Part shown: positions 17,601-25,586 of the stretch, piece by piece
How the letters are laid out: every line of letters starts with the position of its first letter
How positions within the stretch are numbered: position 1 is the first letter of the stretch
DNA from: Ktedonobacterales bacterium
GTDB taxonomy: Bacteria; Chloroflexota; Ktedonobacteria; Ktedonobacterales; JADMIN01
Length of the DNA: 32,000 bases
Reading direction: 5' to 3'
Assembly: GCA_030167145.1 (NCBI GenBank)
Contig: CP126532.1
Span: 2,220,001-2,252,000, forward strand
Position numbers and translations under genes: made by a program
The notes under the pieces: generated by a model
Told to the model about the DNA's origin: nothing
Database searches by the model: none
What the model saw: only the letters and a program-made list of their open reading frames with translations

Positions 17601-18073
17601 TGGGAACCTACTTCCTCGATACTTTGGCTATTGTCAAACGCTATGTCGTCGAAACAGGGCAAGCCTGGGTAGCGGCGCTATGCGCTCCTAGTTCGGCCAA
17701 TACGATTATCATCTCACAAGCTGCACTGGTTGAGGCTGTGGCAACGTTTTGCCGCAAAGCGCAAGAAGCAGACACTACTAAGCGCATCAGCGAAGCGGAA
17801 CGAGACCGCATCATCGCACTATTTCGGCAAGACATGCGACGACATTATAGTGTCGTCCAAGTAACAACAAACGTGTATACCCATGCTGGTGACCTATGCC
17901 GACCACACAAATTGCGCGCATACAATGCGGTGCAGCTAGCGTGCGCTCTTACGGTGCGGGATAAGCTCGCAACAGTTGGCATTGCACCAACCTTTGTATG
18001 CGCTGATGCTGATCTGCTGAGCGTAGCCGCAATGGAAGGACTGAGTACTGAGAACCCAAACGCACATCCATAA
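17600..18073 (+). CDS. PIN-domain protein, VapC-family toxin-like, with Asn at the third conserved acidic position
   Basis: YFLDTLAIVKRYVVETGQAWV ... LVEAV ... LRAYNAVQLACAL ... FVCADADLLSVAAMEGLSTENPNAHP matches a VapC subfamily I recall. That subfamily has LRAYDAVQLA where this protein has N (codon AAT at 17924-17926). Confidence 0.8.
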   Translation: MGTYFLDTLAIVKRYVVETGQAWVAALCAPSSANTIIISQAALVEAVATFCRKAQEADTTKRISEAERDRIIALFRQDMRRHYSVVQVTTNVYTHAGDLCRPHKLRAYNAVQLACALTVRDKLATVGIAPTFVCADADLLSVAAMEGLSTENPNAHP

Positions 18074-18106
18074 GCTAAGAATTGATAGACGCCGAAGGGA
18101 TAGTAT

Positions 18107-18931
18107 ATGAGCGTGCAAGAGAACGGTGGTGAGCCGCCTGGGGTTGATATGGGGTGGTTCGATGGCAGCGCCGACCCTAACCCTGGCGGGCGGCTGGGCA
18201 TGGGGTGGCATTTCGCGCTGAGCGATGGCATGACGCTGAGCGGCAGGGATGAGCGGCCAGCGGATCCGAGCAATACGAACAATGTGGGTGAATATGGCGC
18301 GCTGATACATTTGCTGGAAGCGTATGTTGGGATGGGACGTGCGGGGCCGCTGCTGGTGCAGGGCGATAGCGAACTGATTATCCGCCAGATGGCTGGCGAG
18401 TATGCGGTGCGCTCGCCGGGGCTAGTCGCGCTAAATGAACGGGCGAGCGCGCTGGCGAGGCAGATTGCGGGCGGCGTGCGCTTTCGGTGGATTCGCCGCG
18501 AGCAGAACCGGTTGGCGGATGCGCTGGCTTCGGGCAGAACGCTGGAACAGGCGCAGGAGGAACGCGATCCGGCGCGCTTCGTCTACGCGCAGACGCCACC
18601 GCCAGAGGGGGCGGTTGCAGCGGCGCTGGCGCAGAGTATCGCCGCGCTGAACGCGCAGGGCACGATAAGTTTCAAGGAGGGGATGCGGCTGCGAACCGGC
18701 GGCAGTGACGCCTTCTCGGCGGTGCGGGGCGCGGCTCTGGTGGAGCGCGTGGGCGCGGAAGGGATGGCGCGCATCGCCGAAGCCTTCGCGGGGGAGACAG
18801 ATGACGCGCGCAAACAGCGCGAGAGCGCGGCGCGCTGGGCGCTGCGCGGGCTGGCGATACATCTGGCGATCCGCAAGGCGCAGATAGACGCGGAGATCAA
18901 CGCGAATATGCGCACACGGCAGGGCAGGTAA
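18107..18931 (+). CDS. RNase H (type 1) domain protein with a ~130-aa C-terminal domain of unknown function
   Basis: The DEDD residues are in the expected contexts: WFDGSADPNPGG, NNVGEYGALIHLLE, VQGDSELIIRQM, EQNRLADALA. The remaining C-terminal half (RFVYAQTPPP...AQIDAEINANMRTRQGR) is Ala/Arg-rich and helical, with no motif I recognise. Confidence 0.8.
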   Translation: MSVQENGGEPPGVDMGWFDGSADPNPGGRLGMGWHFALSDGMTLSGRDERPADPSNTNNVGEYGALIHLLEAYVGMGRAGPLLVQGDSELIIRQMAGEYAVRSPGLVALNERASALARQIAGGVRFRWIRREQNRLADALASGRTLEQAQEERDPARFVYAQTPPPEGAVAAALAQSIAALNAQGTISFKEGMRLRTGGSDAFSAVRGAALVERVGAEGMARIAEAFAGETDDARKQRESAARWALRGLAIHLAIRKAQIDAEINANMRTRQGR

Positions 18932-18944
18932 CGCTGGGTATACG

Positions 18945-19865
18945 TTACTCTGCTAAGAAGCGTTCGATGCGGGCGCGTATGCCCTGGGGCGTCAGGCCGT
19001 TTGCGATGTCGTGCTGCTCTGGTGTGCCGTAGCGCAAGGGCACTTCGCGGGGGATGCCGATTGCTTCGATGCGGGCGGACAGCGGGGCGAGCGCGGCGCT
19101 GACCTCTGGCGTGAGGGTGCCAGCGTAGAATGGCTCGACCAGCGCGACTCTGCCGTTGGCGCAGACGGCGCGTAGTGTCTCGCCGTCGAACGGAACCAGC
19201 GTGGTGTAGTAGAGCAGGGTGACATCGAAATCGGCGACGGCGGCTTGGGTCCGCTCCAGCATTGGTCCGACGGCGATGACGGTGGCCTGCTCGCCGCGCT
19301 TGACGATTTCCGCATGGCCAAAGCGCACGGGATGCTCATCTGAGTTGCGCTGGTCGCTGAGCCGGTAGTAGGTGGGCGCGGCGTCGGCATAGGCTTCGCG
19401 GAAGAGGCGGTCGAACTCGCCCGGCGCGCCAGGGACGACGATCCGCATGCCAGGGAGGCTGCGCAGAATTTGCACGTCGCCGGAGGCGTGGTGGGTCATG
19501 CCTTCGGTGCTGTAGTCGTAGGATGCGCCGATGGTGATGAAGTTGCCGCCGAGCCGCTGGAAGCAGAAATCATCCTTGATCTGCTCGAAGGCGCGCTCCA
19601 CCAGGAACGGCGCGATGCTGTGCATCACGGGGATGTAGCCTTCGAGCGCGAAGCCCGCGCCGACGCTCACCTGCGTCTGTTCTTGAATGCCGAGGTTGAG
19701 GGTGCGGTCGGGGTAACGCGCGAAGGCCTCGGCGAAGAATGGCCTGCTGATGTCGGCGAGCAAGACCGCCAGCCGCTCATCATGGGCCATCAGATCTTGC
19801 ACGGTCCGTCCCATCTGCGCACGCATGGTGGTTTCGAGGGTGGTGGTTTGCGTTGTCGTGTCCAT
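18945..19865 (-). CDS. Transketolase, C-terminal (pyrimidine-binding) subunit of a split transketolase
   Basis: GIQEQTQVSVGAGFALEGYIP, FLVERAFEQIKDD, THHASGDVQILRSLPGMRIVVP are typical of the transketolase PYR and C-terminal domains. Confidence 0.9.
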   Translation of the reverse strand: MDTTTQTTTLETTMRAQMGRTVQDLMAHDERLAVLLADISRPFFAEAFARYPDRTLNLGIQEQTQVSVGAGFALEGYIPVMHSIAPFLVERAFEQIKDDFCFQRLGGNFITIGASYDYSTEGMTHHASGDVQILRSLPGMRIVVPGAPGEFDRLFREAYADAAPTYYRLSDQRNSDEHPVRFGHAEIVKRGEQATVIAVGPMLERTQAAVADFDVTLLYYTTLVPFDGETLRAVCANGRVALVEPFYAGTLTPEVSAALAPLSARIEAIGIPREVPLRYGTPEQHDIANGLTPQGIRARIERFLAE

Positions 19866-19876
19866 CGCGGCGTCTC

Positions 19877-20566
19877 CTATTGGTGTATCAGCGCGACGAC
19901 GGCGGTCGGACGCGCGGGGTCGGTGGTGGTGAGGGCGGCGTAAATCTGCTCGTGGTCGCGGCCATCAATCGTCATGGCGTGCCAGCCGAAGGCGGTGAGC
20001 TTGGCGGCGAGATCGCCGAGATTGAGGGAGCTGGAGAAGTTGTTGGCGAAGATGCCGGTGAGATTGCCCAGATGTGTGTTGCCGGCCTGCAACACCGATT
20101 CCCAGATGGTGCCCTCGTTGCACTCGCCGTCACCCATCAGCGCGAAGACGCGGCGGTCGCTGTGTTTGGCGCGCAGGGCGAGCGCCATGCCCACCGCCAT
20201 CGGCAGGCCATGGCCGAGCGAGCCGGTGGAGACCTCCGCGCCAGGGACCAGGGTGCGGTCGGGATGCGCGCCAAGAATGCTCTCCCAGCGCTCAAAGGAG
20301 TCGAGCGTATCGGGCGAGAAGAAGCCTTTGTCGGCGAGGATGGCATAGAACGCCGCAGGGCCGTGGCCTTTGCTCAGCAGGAAGCGGTCGCGGTCTTCGG
20401 CGCGCGGGTTGGCGGGGTCGTAGCGCAATACGCGGTCATAGAGCACCCAGAGCAGATCCAGCGTGGAATATGCGCTTGTCTCATGTTTCTCATCGCCGAC
20501 GGCGCGGGCCATCAGCGAGAGGATGCGCTCTCTATCGGCATTGTATGTGGCGGATTCGTCAGTCAT
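19877..20566 (-). CDS. Transketolase, N-terminal (TPP-binding) subunit
   Basis: DRDRFLLSKGHGPAAFYAILADKGF, GSLGHGLPMAVGMAL, MGDGECNEGTIWES and FGWHAMTIDGRDHEQI are present. ATG 20566 (MTDES...) is chosen; the upstream part of track ORF 19877..20830 is non-coding-like and contains a terminator hairpin. Confidence 0.9.
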   Translation of the reverse strand: MTDESATYNADRERILSLMARAVGDEKHETSAYSTLDLLWVLYDRVLRYDPANPRAEDRDRFLLSKGHGPAAFYAILADKGFFSPDTLDSFERWESILGAHPDRTLVPGAEVSTGSLGHGLPMAVGMALALRAKHSDRRVFALMGDGECNEGTIWESVLQAGNTHLGNLTGIFANNFSSSLNLGDLAAKLTAFGWHAMTIDGRDHEQIYAALTTTDPARPTAVVALIHQ

Positions 20567-20705
20567 CAGGCATCGTCCTTTCGGTGTGGCGCAACGAGGC
20601 TCACGCCAGAGAGCATAGCGCACGGCAAGATATGCGACCATGGCCGAAGGGTGGGCATGGTAACTGTACGCTGGTACAGGAATGGATGAATCGGGGCGCA
20701 GGCGC

Positions 20706-20738
20706 AAAAAAAGTCCCCTTCCCAGGTCGGGAAGGGGA
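20706..20738 (-). terminator. Rho-independent terminator of the TPR gene
   Basis: On the minus strand this reads TCCCCTTCCC-gacct-GGGAAGGGGA (10-bp perfect stem, 20714-20738) followed by C + TTTTTTT (A-run 20706-20712 on the plus strand). It starts 15 nt after the stop at 20754-20756. Confidence 0.75.
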
Positions 20739-20753
20739 TAGGGCGAGCGATGA

Positions 20754-21995
20754 CTAGGCGCGCTTGAAGGCGTAGCGCTGAAACAAGTATGAGATGGCCG
20801 CAGCGCCTGCCATGCCCACGACACCCGCAATGACCAGCGACGGTGGATCGAGTGTCCAGTGGGTATTGTGGAACAGGCCGCGCGCCACAGCGCCCACGAG
20901 GTAGAGCGCTATCAGGAACACCGCCAGGAAGCCAACGACGGCGATGCCGATCTTGGGCAGCCGCGCGGCGAGCGGGCCAGAGAGCAGGTTGACGCCTCCC
21001 TGTTGCAGGCCGCCGACGACGAAGACGCCGGCCAGCGCCAGAATCAGCACGGCGACGAGCCACGGCCCCACCACGGGAATGAAGTGCAGGCCGAAGAGCA
21101 CCAGGAAGATGACGATTGCCGCGAGGACCAGCATCGCCCATTGGGCGTCCTGGCCGAACTGGCCGACTAGCACGGTGCTGACGCCCGCCGTCACCGGCGC
21201 GAGCCAGCGCATACGGGGATTCATGCGCTGCAACTTGAGGAAGACGTTGTAGGACTTCTTGAACTTGCGCTGCTTGAAGTAGATGCGCCCACGCATGGCT
21301 TCGGTGCTGCTGCCAGCCAGCAGCGGATTCTGACGCTCGACCGAATCTATCGCTGCCAGCGACTCGTCGTAGCGTTTGAGTTCCAGATAGGCGTTGGCTT
21401 TGATGAGATCGGCTTGGGTGAGGGTGCGGTCGTTGCGCAGCGCGGCGTCGCTGGCTTGTAGCGCGCCTTCGGGGTCTTTATCGGAGAGCAGCACGATGGC
21501 GCGGATCAGGTGCGCGCCCGCCAGCCGTGGCTCTAGCTGCACGGCCACGTCGGCTTCGGCACGGGCGGCGGGCATCTCGCGCTTGGCGGCCAGCACTTCG
21601 GCAAGCTGCACATGGGTCTTTGCGGCCCTGGGCTGCAATTGCACGGCGCGGCGCGCGGCGCGCTCGGCCTCCGGTGGGATGCGCCCGAACATGGAGCCAC
21701 TCTTCTGCAAGAGCGCCGACGAGAGGACAAGGTGCGCGTCCACATTCGTGCCCTGATCGGCGATGGCGCGCCGGGCTTCTTCGATACCCTCGTCTACACG
21801 CCGCTGCTGAACAAGCGCCTGGGCCAGCAAGACGCGCGTGCCGCTATCGGAGGGGTTGCGCTCCAGGCGCTTGCGGCAGATGGCTTCTGCCTTTTCGAGC
21901 TGGCCACTGGCGAGGGCGAGCTTGGCCTGGCCGAGTTGGCCGCCCGGCGCCATCATCTCGCCGCGGCCACCGCCGCGAAACATCATGCGATTCAT
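20754..21995 (-). CDS. TPR-repeat protein with a C-terminal multi-TM anchor
   Basis: The N-terminal ~270 aa contain several 34-aa TPR-like units (AEAICRKRLERNP, AHLVLSSALLQKG, AAKTHVQLAEVLAAK, YDESLAAIDSVERQNP). The C-terminal ~140 aa form 4 hydrophobic helices. Confidence 0.8.
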   Translation of the reverse strand: MNRMMFRGGGRGEMMAPGGQLGQAKLALASGQLEKAEAICRKRLERNPSDSGTRVLLAQALVQQRRVDEGIEEARRAIADQGTNVDAHLVLSSALLQKSGSMFGRIPPEAERAARRAVQLQPRAAKTHVQLAEVLAAKREMPAARAEADVAVQLEPRLAGAHLIRAIVLLSDKDPEGALQASDAALRNDRTLTQADLIKANAYLELKRYDESLAAIDSVERQNPLLAGSSTEAMRGRIYFKQRKFKKSYNVFLKLQRMNPRMRWLAPVTAGVSTVLVGQFGQDAQWAMLVLAAIVIFLVLFGLHFIPVVGPWLVAVLILALAGVFVVGGLQQGGVNLLSGPLAARLPKIGIAVVGFLAVFLIALYLVGAVARGLFHNTHWTLDPPSLVIAGVVGMAGAAAISYLFQRYAFKRA

Positions 21996-22197
21996 CAGTC
22001 CGCCAAAATCCTTCCACCGCTGAGCGCCCGCGCCCGCGCCAGTACGCGATACGCCAGACGTAGCGGAATAAGACCAGTATGATTGCTAATGCACATTCTC
22101 TCCATTATACTCTTCTCACCAATATGTCGCGGCATTTTCGGCCCATTCTGGCGACCGAAATCGGTAATCGGCAAGAGCGGCAAGCAGTACGCGCCGA

Positions 22198-23508
22198 ATG
22201 GAGGTTTCCGTGCATCCATCCAGTGATCCCCGGCCACCGGCGCCGCCAAGCCACGACGCGTATCCTTCCCCACCTGCGTCGCCCGCCGGGCCGTATCCCT
22301 ATCCGCCGGATGCGCCTACGGTCGCGCCCTACGCCGCCGCGTCCACGCCGCTGTATCCCTACTCCTACGCGACGCCATCGCAGCCCTACGCGCCGACGCT
22401 GCCGGGGCTGCTGCCGCCACCACCGCCCGCGCCGATCATGTATCAGCAGATGCCACCGCTGCCCGCGCAGGCCGCTGTGAAAGCGCGGCGTGTGCGTACA
22501 TGGTACGCGGTGCTGGCGCTGTTCTTCCTGGCGCCGATGGTGGGAGAGATGCTTTCAGGTTCGACGCCGCCCGCGCAGTTCATCAATCCGGCAATGGCGC
22601 TGTATCTCGCTACGTTCTACGGATCGGGCGCGATTTTGATTCGTGAACTGGCGCGCCGCCGGGGGTTAGGCTGGGCGAATATTCTGCTGCTGGGCGCGGC
22701 GTATGGCATCCTCGAAGAAGGGCTGACGGTCACGAGTTGGTTCAATCCGTACTGGCCCGATGTGCTCTCGCTGCACGGCTACAGCCGTCTGTTGCATACG
22801 AACTGGTTCTGGGCGCAGAGCCTGACAATGTATCATGCCGTGGTGAGCATCACGATTCCGATCATCCTGGCGGAGGCGATCTTTCCGCGCATCGCCAGCC
22901 GTCCCTGGCTGCGGCGCCGGGGCTTTGTGGGATTTGTGATCCTGCTGAGCATCTCGTCGCTGTTCACGCTGCTGCTCTTCGGCTTCACGGCGTTTCGCAA
23001 GCAAGGCTACACGCATCCACCCGCCGCGTACTTGATCGCGCTGGCGCTGGCGGTGGGGCTGGTGATCGTGGGGTTGCGCTACAGTCAGCCCCATGCGGAC
23101 CGCCCGCCAGTGCCGGAGATGCGCGCCGTGCCCGGTGTGTGGAAGCTGCGCCTGACGGCGCTCGGCGCGACGATGCTGTTCTTCCTGATTTCGTGGGGGC
23201 TGTGGCAGGCGTTCAACTGGCCGGTGATTCCGATGCTGATGCTGGCGGGGCTGGGGTTCGTGGCGGCGCGGCGGGTGGGGGCGTGGTCGCGGCGCACGGG
23301 CTGGGGCGCGCGGCAGCGGCTGGCGCTGGCGACGGGGGTGATGAGCTTCTTCGTGCTGCTGGCGCCGATCATCGAGGTGATGCATCCTGGTGAGAAGAAC
23401 ACGACGGGGATGACGTTCGTGGCGCTGCTGTGGCTGGCGGGGATGATCGCGCTGAGCGTGGCGACGGCGCGGCGCGAGCGGCGGCAGGGTCAGCGCCAGG
23501 GCGCGTGA
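22198..23508 (+). CDS. Hypothetical polytopic membrane protein with a Pro/Tyr-rich N-terminal region
   Basis: About 90 aa of P/Y/A-rich sequence (PYPYPPDAPTVAPYAAASTPLYPYSYATPSQPYAP) are followed by ~8-9 TM helices. The start may be GTG 22210, which has GGAGG 5-6 nt upstream. No family recognised. Confidence 0.7.
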   Translation: MEVSVHPSSDPRPPAPPSHDAYPSPPASPAGPYPYPPDAPTVAPYAAASTPLYPYSYATPSQPYAPTLPGLLPPPPPAPIMYQQMPPLPAQAAVKARRVRTWYAVLALFFLAPMVGEMLSGSTPPAQFINPAMALYLATFYGSGAILIRELARRRGLGWANILLLGAAYGILEEGLTVTSWFNPYWPDVLSLHGYSRLLHTNWFWAQSLTMYHAVVSITIPIILAEAIFPRIASRPWLRRRGFVGFVILLSISSLFTLLLFGFTAFRKQGYTHPPAAYLIALALAVGLVIVGLRYSQPHADRPPVPEMRAVPGVWKLRLTALGATMLFFLISWGLWQAFNWPVIPMLMLAGLGFVAARRVGAWSRRTGWGARQRLALATGVMSFFVLLAPIIEVMHPGEKNTTGMTFVALLWLAGMIALSVATARRERRQGQRQGA

Positions 23509-23780
23509 ACGAGAACAAATGTTCATAAGTGACCGATTTTGGTGGATAAGCGGCGGGGGATGTGGAAAACTTGTTCTAATTACCTATATCTGCAACAAGA
23601 TACCTCGATCCATATAGGGAGGGCGTTATGCCCGCTGAGCAGTGCATAAGCGAATTGCTTGTATCATGAGTTCTTGAGGCCACAAGGCGCGGCTGACGAA
23701 GGTGGCCATACAGGCAGCAGTAAAGAAAAAGCGAGCGGGATTCGTCGTCAGGCAAAGGGAAATTCACAAGCAGATATACT

Positions 23781-23796
23781 TACGCATATATGCGTA
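23781..23796. promoter_or_regulatory. Perfect 16-bp palindrome TACGCATATATGCGTA, a candidate operator
   Basis: It is its own reverse complement. It lies 3 bp upstream of the C19 tract and ~90 bp upstream of the likely start (23889) of the beta-propeller gene. Confidence 0.3.
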
Positions 23797-23799
23797 TTG

Positions 23800-23818
23800 C
23801 CCCCCCCCCCCCCCCCCC
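23800..23818. repeat. Homopolymeric C19 tract (G19 on the minus strand)
   Basis: Counted directly: C at 23800 through 23818. It is intergenic, ~70 bp upstream of ATG 23889 and just upstream of TTGACG (23821-23826). Confidence 0.95.
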
Positions 23819-23888
23819 ATTTGACGTGCTAACCTTTTCAGCGCAAGGGCACTTGCTGTAATGGATGGATGCTGAGAGGAGGCGGCGT

Positions 23889-25349
23889 ATGGACACACAC
23901 AAGCCAGGAATTGAGGAGTCTGATGATGACGGAACACATGCGCAGCGGCTGCAAGCCATCAGCAGATTGGCGCAACAAGCGCAGGCGCATATCTCAGATG
24001 CCACTGCTCGTCAATTACCCGAAAGCGCCTCAGTTCCACTATCTCTCCGCGCACGTAAGGTTCCACAACAGCGATTACGGCTCATTGCATCGGTGTTCCT
24101 TGCGCTCACTGTTATCGTTGCGGGAGGCTTGGCAGTTCGCTGGCATATCCAGACGACCGCACAGTCAAAAGGAGGACATCAACCTGGTGCAATCCATGCG
24201 ATTCCTACACTGTTGACGATTCACATGGAGACGGCACATATCTATTGTCCGACGAGTGCCGCGTGGTCGCCCGATGCCCTGCATATCGCCATAGTCGGCA
24301 TGCGCGAAGGGTGCCCGCTCGCTCCTGGTGCCGAGACGCCGCCAGTTGTGGCAGTCTTCAACGCTCGTACAGGAGATCTTGAGCACGTTCTTGATTCAGG
24401 ATTGGTGCTCGCGGGACAGCATCAATATGACCCACCGCCTTCGCTCATCTGGTCACCGGACGGTAAGGCACTCATCTTTCCCTATAGCACAGTATCGAGC
24501 ACCACTAGCGGGTTCGTCGCTGACCTCATCCTCCTGCCAATCAATGGGAGAGCGCCACAGTTACTCACCGGCCCACAGGTCGCCGAGTTTTTGGCGACGA
24601 GTCTGGTCTGGGATGTTCGCAATGGGACTGCCGCAGTTACTTTCCCCGCCCAACCTGCGGTTGCGTACTCCTGGACCTCGGATGGACACATTCTCGCTGG
24701 CGCGACAACCGAACCTGGCAACGGTAGCTTCTCATTCTGGCAGCCCGGTGTCTTGATTCCAGAATGGGCGCCGGAATCCAATGACAGCGTTTCACCGCCG
24801 GATGCGCTGCTGTACGGTTCGGTAATCACAAAATGGAGTCCAGATGAGCAATACCTCACCGCGCCGCTATGGGTGAGTGCGGCACTCCCACCAGTGCGGG
24901 GCAATACTTTGCGCCCGATCTCGACGACCTATTGTACGGTGTGGAATATGCCTACTACCTGCACCAGAAGGATAGAAACATTTCCCGACCGCGCGCTCAT
25001 GGCCGTGGCACAAGCCAGTATGGCGGACTATGCCAGTGAAGGAATGAATTCATTGCCAATGCGTGAAGCGGTATCGCTTGCCTGGCGTCCTGACGGTCAG
25101 ATTTTAGCGGCCATTCTGCCGAAGGACAGCTTCGACTCTGGCAATCCTTCCGTTCGCATCAGCTTTTTCAACGCATTTACGGGCGGTGCCCTTACTACGC
25201 TATCACTAAACCGACTCTATCCGCAATATAGCCGTCAATCCCTGCAATCTGCTCTCGCCTGGTCGCCGACAGGACAACAGCTTGCGCTTGTGGATTACGG
25301 TGACAACCAGGTGACAATTTGGGGCAGTTCAAGCCTGCCATCCGCATAA
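23889..25349 (+). CDS. Single-pass membrane protein with an extracytoplasmic WD40/TolB-like beta-propeller
   Basis: A cytoplasmic N-terminus is followed by a TM helix (LIASVFLALTVIVAGGLAV). Repeated blade motifs follow: AAWSPDALHIAIVG, LIWSPDGKALIF, YSWTSDGHILAG, TKWSPDEQYLTA, LAWRPDGQILAA, LAWSPTGQQLALVDYGDNQVTIWG. GAGAGGAGG (23874-23882) precedes ATG 23889, which is preferred over track start 23865. GC is lower than in the flanks. Confidence 0.7.
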   Translation: MDTHKPGIEESDDDGTHAQRLQAISRLAQQAQAHISDATARQLPESASVPLSLRARKVPQQRLRLIASVFLALTVIVAGGLAVRWHIQTTAQSKGGHQPGAIHAIPTLLTIHMETAHIYCPTSAAWSPDALHIAIVGMREGCPLAPGAETPPVVAVFNARTGDLEHVLDSGLVLAGQHQYDPPPSLIWSPDGKALIFPYSTVSSTTSGFVADLILLPINGRAPQLLTGPQVAEFLATSLVWDVRNGTAAVTFPAQPAVAYSWTSDGHILAGATTEPGNGSFSFWQPGVLIPEWAPESNDSVSPPDALLYGSVITKWSPDEQYLTAPLWVSAALPPVRGNTLRPISTTYCTVWNMPTTCTRRIETFPDRALMAVAQASMADYASEGMNSLPMREAVSLAWRPDGQILAAILPKDSFDSGNPSVRISFFNAFTGGALTTLSLNRLYPQYSRQSLQSALAWSPTGQQLALVDYGDNQVTIWGSSSLPSA

Positions 25350-25401
25350 TCTATCCCCTCTTTCTTCAAGTCGGACCATGGTCATGTCGGTCAGAGAGGA
25401 G

Positions 25402-25541
25402 GTGATTTGGCGCAAAATACAGATAGCTTGCTATTAAGTTGCCATCTAGTTGGTCGGCAACACCTGCCGAATGTACTCTCAGGGGCATGAATCGTTGGAA
25501 GTTCCGTCAGATCATGTGATTTGGCGGAAGAAACTGATAGC
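25402..25541. repeat. Pair of ~26-bp imperfect direct repeats (25402-25427 and 25516-25541)
   Basis: GTGATTTGGCGcAAaAtACaGATAGC versus GTGATTTGGCGgAAgAaACtGATAGC. That is 22 of 26 identical, 114 bp apart, in the intergenic region upstream of the secreted-protein gene. Confidence 0.85.
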
Positions 25542-25586
25542 CAGCTCCAGGTAATGTGCCTGGGCTGACGGAAGGATAGACCACAT

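Noticed and set aside
23628-23669. 13-codon ORF (MPAEQCISELLVS) with a strong GGGAGGG RBS at the left end of the low-GC islet.
   Set aside because: It is too short to support from sequence alone and has no downstream gene in a leader-peptide arrangement. It is kept only as a note for Ribo-seq.
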